From: a virus
Lineage: Duplodnaviria > Heunggongvirae > Uroviricota > Caudoviricetes
Virus record (IMG/VR): IMGVR_UViG_3300005805_000069
Coordinates: 15,442 to 79,441 of that record
Strand: one strand, 5' to 3'
Length of the DNA stretch: 64,000 bases
The position numbers were made by a program, and so were the translations under genes. The notes beneath the pieces were generated by a model. The model searched no databases. It saw nothing but the letters and a program-made list of their open reading frames with translations, and had not been told where the DNA came from. This document shows positions 10,700 through 21,374 of the stretch, piece by piece. Every line of letters begins with the position of its first letter. Position 1 is the first letter of the stretch.

Positions 10700-13048
10700 T
10701 TACTTATATTTATCTAACCAGCCGCCCTTGGTTGGTTTGTTATAGTTTGTAAAGTTAAGTGATTGATCTAACTTCTCAATGGGATATTGATCAGCCATGT
10801 TTACACTTACACCACCATTCTTCATCTTCTTTTTCTCTATGTATTCTTTGCCATATTTAGGAACAGCAAATCTTTCGTAGTCTTCAGGCTTGATATATGT
10901 TGTATCTCCTTTTGGTCCACGGAATCCTATTAGAGCACTTCCCAATCCACTTCCTGCTCCAGGAGAATATACAGGAGTTCCCTCATATACATTCTGCTTT
11001 TTCTCAACAACAGGTTCTGCTTTCTTCACCACCTCTTGTTTAGGTTGTTGCAGTTCTTTCTTCTTTGGTTCTTGTTTTTTAACTGCTGGTTTTTCTATTT
11101 CTGCACGACTAAAACCACCTGAACTAGTGTATATTTTATAAGTCTTATTATCCTTTTTATATCTATAATAACCATCTCCATCTTGACCTGGAGTTGCAGT
11201 CCAGTCTTTGCCATCAGAACTAAAAACTTTTTTTAAATCTTCTGTTGTAAGGCCAAGCTTTTCCAGATAACTTTGTTCTCGTTTTCTGTATTCTACAGGT
11301 TGTTCTGGCTTTTTCCATTCAGGAAGATTTGCTTGTGCTGGTCTAGGTTGACCTCCAAGTTTTTCTGTAATACCCGTTGCATCCCAAAAATCTCTCAATG
11401 TTATAAGGTCTTTAACCATGTTATCTGGGTTAGGATAGTATGGTTGTATTTTTATTGGGAGTATTCCTTTGTTTGCTTTGGACTGGTACTCCTTCATTAT
11501 CTCAGCTATCTTTTCATAGTTTTTATACCCACCAGTCTCTGTTAATGAATTATCCAAAAGCTTATTTCCATGTGCTTTTAATGCAGCTTGTAGATTCTTG
11601 TAAATAGGACTTTTAGGTATAACCTTCATAAGATTCTTATCGTTCTGAAGTATGCCAGCCATTCTTTGACCAACGTTATAACTATACAAACTATCCTGGT
11701 ATGTTTTCAACCTAGGATCATTAGGATCTGACACATACAAGGGTTGTCTTATTCCTTGTTGAGCAACAGGGTATTCTGTTACGTATTCCCCATCAAAAGA
11801 ATAATCTTCTCCTGGCTGCATGTATTGCACATCTCCTGTGTCAGATATACCAATCAATGGTTGATCTACACCCTCCATAGTGATGTCTGTAGATGGGATG
11901 ATTACAGGGTTGCCTACATTCTCAGGGTTCCAATATCCCATAGGATCTACAGGAATCTCACTACCATCTCTACTAATATTCCTAGGTTTCCAGTCTAGTC
12001 CTTCTTGGTAGTATTTCATTGAACCACCGTTTTCCCATTGATCATATGTTTGGTAAGCATCTGTAGATCTTCCTGCAGTAGGCCCATATTTACCAACACC
12101 TTTTAGTGTTTCTGCTACAGCTTTAGCATTTCTTTTTTGTCTTCCTGTTGCAGCAAATGCTTTAGAAGCAGCTTCTGCAAACTTACCTATTTTTCCTACC
12201 TTTCCAATCATAGGAAGTGCTCCGAATATTTCCAATCCAGTTTCAGGAGACATTCCAGTTTTCTTGTATGATCTATATACATCATCCCAAGACGTTATTC
12301 CTGTAGGATCAACTATCTCAACAATGTTTTCTAGATTAGAATCTTCTTTAATTTTCTTACCACTTTGTGCACTAGCCTTTGTCTTCTTAGCATAAGGACC
12401 ATTAGCAGGAGCAGCACCAGCTGTGCGTGCGTATGTGAATCCTACAGCACCTGGAAGACTACCGCCCATTGCAAAATCTTTACCCCATCTTCTAAAAGGT
12501 GTAGGAATAGATTGTCCTTTCTCTACATATGGATGTCTTACTGTTCTTTCCCACTCATCAGCTTCTTGCCATGTTTTAAATGGACCACCAAGATGTTCTC
12601 CTGTTTTTCTAAACTCAGCTTTAGGATCATTTAATAGTTTACCATACTTGAATGAAGGAATTAAATAAGCTGGTTCTCCACCCTCTCCACCCACAGACAC
12701 TGCTAGTTCTGTACTAGGATCTTTATATGGAAAAGCATGTCCCATTGGTAGTTTTCTACTTGTTGGTTCTAAGAATGTAAGAGAACCACCCATTTGCATT
12801 GTTCCACCCCACGCACCGTTGTAATTAAATCCTTTGTCTGTAAGACCACCCATTGTTCCCTCTATACCGTTCTGTGCTTTAGGAGCATCATACTTGTCAA
12901 GCCATCCTCCAGACTCAGCCTTGTAGGGCTTAGCACCTCCAGCAATGGCTCCAAAGAACCTACGCTGTTTGTCAGTCAAGGGTTGCCCATGCACGCTCTT
13001 GTCGTGTAGAATTTCTTTTGCTTTTGATGATGTGAGCTTCTTTGCCAT
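10700..13048 (-). CDS. Large structural protein, 782 aa
   Basis: Long ORF. Its start overlaps the stop of the gene at 13048 by 1 nt, which is typical operon packing. Confidence 0.55.
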   Translation of the reverse strand: MAKKLTSSKAKEILHDKSVHGQPLTDKQRRFFGAIAGGAKPYKAESGGWLDKYDAPKAQNGIEGTMGGLTDKGFNYNGAWGGTMQMGGSLTFLEPTSRKLPMGHAFPYKDPSTELAVSVGGEGGEPAYLIPSFKYGKLLNDPKAEFRKTGEHLGGPFKTWQEADEWERTVRHPYVEKGQSIPTPFRRWGKDFAMGGSLPGAVGFTYARTAGAAPANGPYAKKTKASAQSGKKIKEDSNLENIVEIVDPTGITSWDDVYRSYKKTGMSPETGLEIFGALPMIGKVGKIGKFAEAASKAFAATGRQKRNAKAVAETLKGVGKYGPTAGRSTDAYQTYDQWENGGSMKYYQEGLDWKPRNISRDGSEIPVDPMGYWNPENVGNPVIIPSTDITMEGVDQPLIGISDTGDVQYMQPGEDYSFDGEYVTEYPVAQQGIRQPLYVSDPNDPRLKTYQDSLYSYNVGQRMAGILQNDKNLMKVIPKSPIYKNLQAALKAHGNKLLDNSLTETGGYKNYEKIAEIMKEYQSKANKGILPIKIQPYYPNPDNMVKDLITLRDFWDATGITEKLGGQPRPAQANLPEWKKPEQPVEYRKREQSYLEKLGLTTEDLKKVFSSDGKDWTATPGQDGDGYYRYKKDNKTYKIYTSSGGFSRAEIEKPAVKKQEPKKKELQQPKQEVVKKAEPVVEKKQNVYEGTPVYSPGAGSGLGSALIGFRGPKGDTTYIKPEDYERFAVPKYGKEYIEKKKMKNGGVSVNMADQYPIEKLDQSLNFTNYNKPTKGGWLDKYK

Positions 13049-13920
13049 TATTTGTAAGAGATTTGGCTTGGTGTTATAATAAACTGTGATACGAGGTGTG
13101 CATCATAGCGGTTGTCTAGGATGTGTCTCACCTTGAGTTCCTTAGCACGTAGAGGTTCTTTCTTGAATGACCTCTTGCCATAGTCCATATTAGCCTGATT
13201 CACCACCTTATCTATTGACAGATTCTCACATGTACGTATGAATAGTGGTTCCTGTTTATACTTAACCAATGACCAGAAGGTGTTGTATTGGTAGAAGTTA
13301 TCACTCTTTGTAAACGTAATCACCTTAGAATCAGCATTATATATAGGATACTTCAAGTATTCCTTCAGGTTGTTGATTGGTTTTGGAACCAATTCAAGCA
13401 CACCTGTGCTCTGCTGACCGTTGTAAAGAACAGCTTTGTTGAACCAAGCATCGTCAGTTTCTACCTTACGGTTGTCATCAGACACACCATCTGGATCAAG
13501 GAAGTATTTGTATGCCTTGGTGTAGTCTTGTACACTCTGTAGGATTTCATCTTGATACTTGTATGCAAATGGATACTCAATGATGTAAGGTTCTATGCAT
13601 CCATAGAAGTAGTTATAAATGACAGGGTTCTTCAGGTGTCTCCACGCAGTGGCTGTATTTGATTCTGTAAATGTTGTTTGAACAAGTTCATACCTACTGA
13701 TGGTAGTCACTGGGATGTTCCATGATTTACCACAGCAACCTTTTCCTGTAGAGGTAATTACCACCACTTTCACACTATCATCTACACTATAAGACACACC
13801 GTCAATCAGTTGCTGTTTGGTTACATCCGTGGCAAGGACATTCCCCATATCGTCTGATATGGAGAACGTACTTAGCCCACCGCCAATCTTAGTAAGTTTT
13901 ATGACTATTGTTTTGGACAT
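13048..13920 (-). CDS. Tail/receptor-binding-like protein, 290 aa; its N-terminal domain is paralogous to that of the next gene
   Basis: The N-terminus MSKTIVIKLTKIGGG..SISDD...VTKQQLIDGVSY resembles the N-terminus of the 351-aa protein (MPQTVIITLTTAGLDTG..LYSDV...VTKPSLLVGYVS). Confidence 0.55.
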   Translation of the reverse strand: MSKTIVIKLTKIGGGLSTFSISDDMGNVLATDVTKQQLIDGVSYSVDDSVKVVVITSTGKGCCGKSWNIPVTTISRYELVQTTFTESNTATAWRHLKNPVIYNYFYGCIEPYIIEYPFAYKYQDEILQSVQDYTKAYKYFLDPDGVSDDNRKVETDDAWFNKAVLYNGQQSTGVLELVPKPINNLKEYLKYPIYNADSKVITFTKSDNFYQYNTFWSLVKYKQEPLFIRTCENLSIDKVVNQANMDYGKRSFKKEPLRAKELKVRHILDNRYDAHLVSQFIITPSQISYK

Positions 13921-13936
13921 CTACTTTATTTTACAA

Positions 13937-14992
13937 TCAACAAAGTGTTTGGTTATTTATAGCACCTGATCCTCCACTTATTTCCCACCAATTAGTTCCA
14001 TCTGAATAGTATCCATTTGGAGCAGTTGTTCCTGGGTATGCTGTGTATATTACAAGACCATTAGTCAATGTTGCCCCTGGAGCAGCAAAATAGGTGCTAC
14101 AGTTGCTACATGGAGGCCCATATCCAGAACATGCATCAGGTCCACTAACATCGCTATAATTCAATGTAAACTGTGCTGGTGGGGTTGGTGTAGTGGTGGT
14201 AGTAGTTGTTTCAGGACATCCTTCACAATTATTGTAAGCTGTACCAAATGCTACTGCTTCATAATCAGCAGGCCCCTCAACAGGATATTCTACAATCTCC
14301 CAACAAGCCGCACCATCAAATGGTGAAGCTGGTAATAATAGTTTAAATGCTTCTCCAACTGCTGTTGGAACATCACCAGTTCCATAGGTTATTTTATAAG
14401 GACCTTGTCCTCCACCGCATGGTTGAACTGAATAAATTATTACAGCCTGTGTTGTTGTAGTGGTGGTAGTTTCAACACAGATTCCTATTTCTGTAAGTAT
14501 TGTACCGTTGTCAGAATAAGGATCATCAATGCTGTTACAGTTACAGAATTGACCAGTTGGATCACCACTACTCAAAACAATAGTTTGAGGAGCACCATCA
14601 GAACATCTGTAATAATGGATTACATCACCTGCTTCAGGGATGGTTGCACCATTGTATTCCCAGTTTCTACAATCAACACATTCAAAAGCTGTGGTGGTTG
14701 TAGTGGTGGTTGTACTACTAGTGCTAGTTGTACTGGTTGAACTACTTGTTGTAGTGGTAGTGGTTGTAGGAATAGTAAGATCTATGTAGTTTGTACACAG
14801 CTCATTAACAGACTTCACTCTGATAATAGTAGCTGCATTAGGTACTAACGTAGACACATACCCTACCAACAAAGAAGGTTTTGTCACCCCTGTCTCAAAG
14901 GGAGTGACATAACTATCCACATCTGAATACAGGTTGAAAGGCCCTGTATCAAGTCCTGCTGTTGTAAGAGTTATTATTACTGTCTGTGGCAT
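13937..14992 (-). CDS. Modular receptor-binding-like protein with three poly-Thr linkers and Cys-containing modules, 351 aa
   Basis: Runs of 7-25 Thr/Ser separate roughly 80-aa modules that carry conserved Cys (CVDC, CNCN, PCGGG, CEGC). The N-terminal domain is shared with the upstream gene. Confidence 0.6.
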   Translation of the reverse strand: MPQTVIITLTTAGLDTGPFNLYSDVDSYVTPFETGVTKPSLLVGYVSTLVPNAATIIRVKSVNELCTNYIDLTIPTTTTTTTSSSTSTTSTSSTTTTTTTTAFECVDCRNWEYNGATIPEAGDVIHYYRCSDGAPQTIVLSSGDPTGQFCNCNSIDDPYSDNGTILTEIGICVETTTTTTTQAVIIYSVQPCGGGQGPYKITYGTGDVPTAVGEAFKLLLPASPFDGAACWEIVEYPVEGPADYEAVAFGTAYNNCEGCPETTTTTTTPTPPAQFTLNYSDVSGPDACSGYGPPCSNCSTYFAAPGATLTNGLVIYTAYPGTTAPNGYYSDGTNWWEISGGSGAINNQTLC

Positions 14993-15010
14993 ATGTTATA
15001 TTTTACTAAG

Positions 15011-18000
15011 TTATAGTGGTGGTGGGCATGTTCCATTACAATAATTACCTTGTACGACATTTGCTGTACCCGATGTTATTACAACACTTCCTTCTCTAGC
15101 ACCATCACACCCAATAATACTTTGTTCTGTTATGTTAGAAATTGTTGCAGTACCTCCTCCACATTCTGTATATTCAACATCTACAGGTCCTGATATTACA
15201 TTAATTGTATATTCATAACAATCATAACAAGTGGTTGTAGTGGTAGTGGTAGTGCTGGTAGAAGTGCTTGTGGTGGTTGTTGTTGTACCAGAGATGTAAC
15301 CACTCAAAGAGCAGTCTGGAATGCGTAGAGTTCCCTCTAGTCTACAATCAGCCACTAGCTGAGCAGCAAATGCTTCTAGATCACATCCTACATTCAGTCC
15401 AGAATAGAAGAAGTTATTCTCACCAATGTACCAGTTGGGCAGATAGGTGTGGAAACTTATCCAGCTCTTGGTGTTGAAGTTGAAGGACACTGTCCAGCTC
15501 TTGTTACAGAAGTAGTTTTCGTCTGTTACATACACCACTTTACGTACAACCAAAGGAGCCACTGTTGTTGTTGTGGTGAGTGTACCTGGAACAGCTGTAG
15601 TGCTGGTTGTTGTTGTAGGAGCGTTTTGAGCATACACTTCCTCCACATAAAACTCCCTCTTTACAGCATCGTATTTAACATCTTTGCTCTTGGGGATATA
15701 GTCAAGCTTGGTGATGAGCACCCTGTCATACTTGGTGTCATATACACCATGTAAACCTACACCATTGAAATGGTTGTCTGTTGGCACATCTGGGAAGTAG
15801 CGCAGGATTTCAAATGCCAGGTGATCTGTAAAGAACCTGTTAAGTCCTGAACCAAATCCTGACAGATCTACAGCCTGTGTACCAGCAATCAAGAACACTT
15901 GTCCTCTCTTAGCATCCACGCTCACTTGTCCCTGTGGAATCTTCAGAAGCATCTTGTTCTGGGTTCCCACATATCCCAAGTCAGTTTCAGCGAAATCAAT
16001 CGGTGGGGCTCCTCTGAATAACAGAGGATTACCAACATAAGCTGCTTGTGGATTGCTTGTGTCAATCGTTAACAGCTTATTATACATCAATGTCTTGTTC
16101 TCAAATCTAGCCAGAATTCCTTTGTTTTCAATACCATCTAGGGATATAAGACCTCCATAGTTCTGTGGGAAGTCATAATAAGATATTGCTCTGTAGATGA
16201 GCCAGCTGTTCACCCTGTTATCAGCATCTATGTTCTGAGAGTCAGAATAGATGGCTCTAAAAGGATAGTAGGTGTAACAAGGTTTATCCCAATCTATAGG
16301 TAGATTGGTGAATACATTCTCTCTATTCTGTTTAGAATAGGTTGTATTGTAGAAGTAGGTGTTGTCCTGAGCGATAGATACATAGTCCTCCTGAACCCAT
16401 TCATCAGGAATACCTGTACTTACATGAGGCCAGAAGTCACCTTCTCTATTATTAAAAGCTTGTCGTAGATCAACGTTGTAAGAGCTTTCGCAGTAGAAAT
16501 TAGGAATACCGTACGCAAACAGGTAGAAATAACCATCATAGAATGTTCTGTTAGGATTGGTAGAGAATATAGTTCCTGGTGCAATAGTGGTACTTGTTGT
16601 AGTGGTTGTGCTAGTGGCAGGTGGGGTGACAGGTCCTTGGTCGTTAGGACAGTCAAAGTTGTGAGCCTTGTAAGATATGATGTTGGTCAGTGTACCACCG
16701 CTACTTACATAATCCTTCAGAATAGAACGAGCTGAGTGCCAGTATTTTGGATAGGCTATGTTGCCAATCTCATCGTAGAATATATCACTGTCATCAGGAG
16801 CATTCACCCTGTTGTCAATAAAGAATGGCAGTTTGCTCTTGAATGTGAATCTGCTGATAAATGTATCACCACCAAATACTGTTCTCACCTCAGGACCACC
16901 AGTGTTTAGAATAACCTGAAATCCAGTGTCTACAGTTTCATAAGAATATATCTGACCGTATTGATTTGGGAATATATTCTTCATGGAAGCATAATACGAC
17001 ACTACAGATATACCTTCTTCCTTAGCAGGAACATCACAATTGCCTATTTCTGATATCGTATATCTAGACTTGTCTGTGAGCAATGGGCTTCCTCCAGATA
17101 CCATGTTAGGACTTTGGTCTGGGAACGGAAGGCCAGGTCTGTCAAGATCAGTTCTCAGATAGACAGATGATTCTCTCTGGAAGTTGTTGACATTATATGT
17201 ATCACCAAGATTCTGTACACCAGGGATGAGATATCTGGCAATGTCTAAGTTTCTTTGTTTGATGCCCAGTCCATCAGGTACACCCACACCATAGTTGTAA
17301 TCAGCTACAGAGTTAAAAGAATACGCATAGTTCCTTCTAGTAATACCATTTACATATATGGTTAGATAGGCTTGGTATGCAGCAAACATTGCTGACGCAC
17401 TGAACGGTGTAGTGAGAGTACCTAGCTTGTCAGAACTGTTAAGAGCGTCCACTTGTGCTTGTTCTGTTATAAGCTTGTATTTAGCATTGCTTCTCACCTG
17501 AACAAAATGGGCGCTACCACCACCAAACATTACACTCTCAAGCTTTAGAATACCACCTAAGAATGGCTGTCCAAAGGATGTTTCAGGAGAGTTGAAGATT
17601 TGTCTGTATTTCTCTGTAACTCCAGGTTGTGGCACCTCAATCTTGCAATTAGGTCCAGTGATGCGCGTAGGTCCAGTGAAACATATATTATCAGGAGTGC
17701 CTTCTATCACTTTGGGCACTGTTCCAGGAACTGCCTGGAATGTAAATGTTTCCACACTTGGCCATCCTGTTATCCACTCTGTAGAAGGTCCATTATATAT
17801 ATCAACCCATTCTATTCTATTTCCTGTTTTAAGGAATGTAGGGGGACATATTGTTGCTATCCATTGGTCATATGTAGAAAGTCCTGTTTTTCCTGTTGCA
17901 GGAGCTAGGACAACTGGTTTACTTGTAGAGCACAGATGATATGTGCCTATGGCATAATACTTCTGTGTACCTGTTTTATTATTGTTGCAATCAGTGTATG

Positions 18001-19912
18001 ACACCTCTGCACAATCAGCACCACCATCAGAACAAGGACCTAGAGAGTCAATGAATATATTATAACCATCACATATCTGTGTCCAAGCATTGTTGGTTGT
18101 ATTAAGGAAAGGATCTGCATTAAGATCGTTGTAAGGATAGTTGGGATAGAAGAAGGTTTGTTTCTCTCTTTCATACGTGTTAACGTTTCTAAGGATACCC
18201 TTGGCTACAATAGACTTATTTGTACCACGGTCTGCACGCACAATCTTAAATCCGACAATCTCATCCTTCTGTTCTTGTGTCAGATTAGAAATCTGAATCA
18301 AAGATTCCACTTGTTGTACATCCAATTGAACACCAATGGGGAACACAGCATCATTACCCTGAACCATAGCTGTAGGACCTAAGAATATCTTAGACTCATA
18401 GGCAGGACTAATATTGATGTCAGGGAACTTGTGGTGTCTGATAGGTTGACCAGCTAGGTCTCCCCACACGTCTGTATTACAAGGATAGGTGTCTGTAGAC
18501 TGCCAATATGAAAACTGACCATACTGATATGGACCTTTGTAATCTTCTGCTGTAGAATAGCTAGGAGAGAATCCTATTACAGATCCTGTGTTATATATCT
18601 TCCAATAAGGACTTGTTCCTGTAAGAGGATCAGGTTCACCTATGAAATCATCGTTGCTAGGAGCCACCTGTATTAAATCAGCACTGTTTGCTATTCTACC
18701 AGGAATGTGGAATCCATCAGTTTGCTTACCGTTCCTGAGAAGGAACACTATTTCAAAAGCATACACCTCATCCCTCAGATAGCCTCTGAGGTTGGTGGCA
18801 TTCAATTCATCTGCATAGTTTTCTGTTGCAGGAATACGATGGGTTTCCCATAGCAGAGTGATGTTGTTAGCAATGCTTTGATAGTTGATACGATCAATAG
18901 ATGTGAGATTGTCCCATACAAGAATGTCCTGTACGTTTGTAAGGTCTTGTGCAATATCGTAATATGGGAACTTCTCAAATATATCATTGATAGTCAGGCG
19001 AATCTGTGTAACATTCTGACCTGTATATGTGATTTGCTTCTGGAGGTTGTCAATGTAATATGTACCTGCAAGTTCCACAGAAGTGATAGCATTGACAGTT
19101 TTAATCACCGCCAGATTGAAATACTGGTAGAGTCCTGTGTCTTCTAAGTTACTGATATTCAGTATAATAGATTTACCAACAGGATAGTTGAAGTTCACTG
19201 ATGTAATGAACTTATCAGCAATAGGTGTGGGGTTGGTAACAGAGTAGTAGGAAGTGTAAGGATTGCCCTGAGGATCAGAGTATTGAATAGCAAACTGATA
19301 TGTGCCAGCTGTCAGATTACCTGTGCTAGCAACATCAACCACTTCCAGTTGAGGAATATTGAAATTAGGCTGCAGCTTTAATTGGTTACAGTCTACGTCA
19401 TCTGTGTATTCTGGATTGCAGAAAGGAGTGCCACTCTTAAGAATCTTTGGGATGTCATCTATGTCCAGATATCTTCTGGGGTTGTATCCATCTGTCCAAT
19501 ATATCTCTGTAGTGCAATTCGTTATCTTATGAGCTGTTTTGTGTATAGGATAGTTAACATTGAAGTTGAGGCATGGTGCATTTACAAGCACACGATAGAC
19601 ACAATCATTGTTCTCCATATACCCAATCTGGCTACCACCAGTGGAAGGGTTGGTAATGAAGAATATATGCTTGCTTTTCTCTTGGATGAAGTGTGTACCT
19701 ATCAATACAAAACCAGAAGGGAATGTAACACAGAGTTCATTCCCAGGCTCATTCTGATAGTTCACAGAATTAGCATCATAGTTTTCAACACCAGCATTTA
19801 ATGCATACGTTAGCTTCCCCTTTGGAATCTGATTAAGGGTTTGGTCCATGTTAAGACCAGTGGTAGCATTATTATACTCCTGCCTAATATTGCCTTGTTC
19901 CTGTTCAGCCAT
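15011..19912 (-). CDS. Very large tail/fibre-like structural protein, 1633 aa, with internal poly-Thr linkers and a C-terminal Cys module
   Basis: Largest complete ORF in the window. Poly-Thr linkers include TSTTTTTSTT, TTTTSTT and a long C-terminal T/S run. These are followed by CYDCYEY..ECGGG, which is similar to modules of the 351-aa protein. Confidence 0.6.
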   Translation of the reverse strand: MAEQEQGNIRQEYNNATTGLNMDQTLNQIPKGKLTYALNAGVENYDANSVNYQNEPGNELCVTFPSGFVLIGTHFIQEKSKHIFFITNPSTGGSQIGYMENNDCVYRVLVNAPCLNFNVNYPIHKTAHKITNCTTEIYWTDGYNPRRYLDIDDIPKILKSGTPFCNPEYTDDVDCNQLKLQPNFNIPQLEVVDVASTGNLTAGTYQFAIQYSDPQGNPYTSYYSVTNPTPIADKFITSVNFNYPVGKSIILNISNLEDTGLYQYFNLAVIKTVNAITSVELAGTYYIDNLQKQITYTGQNVTQIRLTINDIFEKFPYYDIAQDLTNVQDILVWDNLTSIDRINYQSIANNITLLWETHRIPATENYADELNATNLRGYLRDEVYAFEIVFLLRNGKQTDGFHIPGRIANSADLIQVAPSNDDFIGEPDPLTGTSPYWKIYNTGSVIGFSPSYSTAEDYKGPYQYGQFSYWQSTDTYPCNTDVWGDLAGQPIRHHKFPDINISPAYESKIFLGPTAMVQGNDAVFPIGVQLDVQQVESLIQISNLTQEQKDEIVGFKIVRADRGTNKSIVAKGILRNVNTYEREKQTFFYPNYPYNDLNADPFLNTTNNAWTQICDGYNIFIDSLGPCSDGGADCAEVSYTDCNNNKTGTQKYYAIGTYHLCSTSKPVVLAPATGKTGLSTYDQWIATICPPTFLKTGNRIEWVDIYNGPSTEWITGWPSVETFTFQAVPGTVPKVIEGTPDNICFTGPTRITGPNCKIEVPQPGVTEKYRQIFNSPETSFGQPFLGGILKLESVMFGGGSAHFVQVRSNAKYKLITEQAQVDALNSSDKLGTLTTPFSASAMFAAYQAYLTIYVNGITRRNYAYSFNSVADYNYGVGVPDGLGIKQRNLDIARYLIPGVQNLGDTYNVNNFQRESSVYLRTDLDRPGLPFPDQSPNMVSGGSPLLTDKSRYTISEIGNCDVPAKEEGISVVSYYASMKNIFPNQYGQIYSYETVDTGFQVILNTGGPEVRTVFGGDTFISRFTFKSKLPFFIDNRVNAPDDSDIFYDEIGNIAYPKYWHSARSILKDYVSSGGTLTNIISYKAHNFDCPNDQGPVTPPATSTTTTTSTTIAPGTIFSTNPNRTFYDGYFYLFAYGIPNFYCESSYNVDLRQAFNNREGDFWPHVSTGIPDEWVQEDYVSIAQDNTYFYNTTYSKQNRENVFTNLPIDWDKPCYTYYPFRAIYSDSQNIDADNRVNSWLIYRAISYYDFPQNYGGLISLDGIENKGILARFENKTLMYNKLLTIDTSNPQAAYVGNPLLFRGAPPIDFAETDLGYVGTQNKMLLKIPQGQVSVDAKRGQVFLIAGTQAVDLSGFGSGLNRFFTDHLAFEILRYFPDVPTDNHFNGVGLHGVYDTKYDRVLITKLDYIPKSKDVKYDAVKREFYVEEVYAQNAPTTTTSTTAVPGTLTTTTTVAPLVVRKVVYVTDENYFCNKSWTVSFNFNTKSWISFHTYLPNWYIGENNFFYSGLNVGCDLEAFAAQLVADCRLEGTLRIPDCSLSGYISGTTTTTTSTSTSTTTTTTTTCYDCYEYTINVISGPVDVEYTECGGGTATISNITEQSIIGCDGAREGSVVITSGTANVVQGNYCNGTCPPPL

Positions 19913-19917
19913 TAGTA

Positions 19918-20892
19918 TTAGTTGTTACGTCTCCAACCATATCTGTTAGTACGGTTGGGGAGTTCATACATGTTAAATCTATTCAAATCATTCTTGATCC
20001 TGCGTTGTTTAGTCCAAGGATCTTGCTTCTTAATCTCAATATCAGCCATGATGAATGCTTCTTCAGACTGTTGTTTGTAGTTCATCATTTTCCTTTCAAG
20101 CTGATTGTAGGTCTCATCATTCACCTGATTGGTGAGAGTTTCTATCACCTTGTATTTGATGAAAGCCTCAATGTATTCTCTGATACGATAGTTGTTAGGA
20201 ATCAATTGGTTACCAACAGCATCATATTCTGTAGCATAGAAAATAAGATGAACAACACCATTTCTGAAGTTGGTTACAAACTTATTGTCCCTAATGTCAA
20301 AGCTGTCATATCCTGCAGATCCAGGGGTGAACTCGCGAAGAGGGGGTGCTTGTGCATAGAACTCCCAGTTGTTTGTATAATCTACACCACAGTTTTTTTG
20401 TACGGATATGTTACCAGGTTTGAGTAGATATTCCCTCTGATAGAGCACAGGAGCTTGGTTGTTTGTCTTATACACAGTTTCAATCAACTGAGGCATACAG
20501 CTACCATCACATCCAACATTACCACAACAAGGACTAGGACAAGATGGTCCACCGTATGTAACAGGGCTCACTTGAATTGTAGTGGATGTAGCAGCTTGAG
20601 AATAGAATGAGTTAGCTTGTTGATAAGGGAAACCATTTACAGCTGTACACATCCATGCTTCACGTACAGCAATAAAGTTGTCTGGAAGCCTAGCTTCATA
20701 GTCACTGATGTACAACACTTGTTCTTGAATAACATACGTAGCTCTACCCAGCTTTCTGAGACACTTGTCTAGATAGGTGGGGAACATCAGGTCATCTACA
20801 GCTCCTGTATCAAAGTAGCTTTTAAACTCTTCCTTTACAGTGGAATAGACAACATCAGGAGAGATGAAGTTATATTTGTAATAGTATGCCAT
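19918..20892 (-). CDS. Hypothetical structural-module protein, 324 aa
   Basis: ORF in the operon with a Cys-rich central patch (CPSPCCGNVGCDGSC). Confidence 0.5.
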   Translation of the reverse strand: MAYYYKYNFISPDVVYSTVKEEFKSYFDTGAVDDLMFPTYLDKCLRKLGRATYVIQEQVLYISDYEARLPDNFIAVREAWMCTAVNGFPYQQANSFYSQAATSTTIQVSPVTYGGPSCPSPCCGNVGCDGSCMPQLIETVYKTNNQAPVLYQREYLLKPGNISVQKNCGVDYTNNWEFYAQAPPLREFTPGSAGYDSFDIRDNKFVTNFRNGVVHLIFYATEYDAVGNQLIPNNYRIREYIEAFIKYKVIETLTNQVNDETYNQLERKMMNYKQQSEEAFIMADIEIKKQDPWTKQRRIKNDLNRFNMYELPNRTNRYGWRRNN

Positions 20893-20896
20893 TTAT

Positions 20897-21373
20897 TTAC
20901 ATTTTCCATTCATGATAAATATGTTGATACCTATCATTGGTTTTGATATAGTGAGATAGTAATCTTGATGTATTTCTGGAAGGTTTAAAATACCACAGAG
21001 CAGAATGTCTAAATCTTGCTGTGTCTTTGAACCAAACCCATCCAAAGAAGAAACCTTCTGTGTGATAGTTGAAGTTGTAGATGCGCTTGCCCTTTTCTTT
21101 TGTCTTCTGCCAGTCAATAGGAAGATTGACAAACTCTTTACCATCTACACCCTTCATCTTCCTACGTTTTTTCTTGTTAATAGAGAACTCACCAAACCCA
21201 TATGGAAGCCTTGCTCTTTCTCCTGTCTCAAGGATGTATTCTTTGAAAGCTTCGTTGTAAGTGTAAACGATGTTTCTCCACTCGTCAAATGTAAGTTTGA
21301 TGGAGGGATGTTTCTTACAGAAATTGTTGTAGTTTTCTTTACTTGCGCTTCTCCAGTCTATCTTTATTCGCAT
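20897..21373 (-). CDS. Basic hypothetical protein (start probably at the internal Met MRIKIDW; the track ORF extends to 21421)
   Basis: The track lists a 174-aa ORF. Using the internal Met avoids a 47-nt overlap with the upstream gene. Protein is K/R-rich. A second, 83-aa ORF in another frame over the same span is considered spurious. Confidence 0.45.
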   Translation of the reverse strand: MRIKIDWRSASKENYNNFCKKHPSIKLTFDEWRNIVYTYNEAFKEYILETGERARLPYGFGEFSINKKKRRKMKGVDGKEFVNLPIDWQKTKEKGKRIYNFNYHTEGFFFGWVWFKDTARFRHSALWYFKPSRNTSRLLSHYIKTNDRYQHIYHEWKM

Positions 21374-21374
21374 A

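Noticed and set aside
20893-21144. 83-aa ORF in an alternative frame
   Set aside because: Nested in the same span as the longer 174-aa ORF, which fits the operon spacing.
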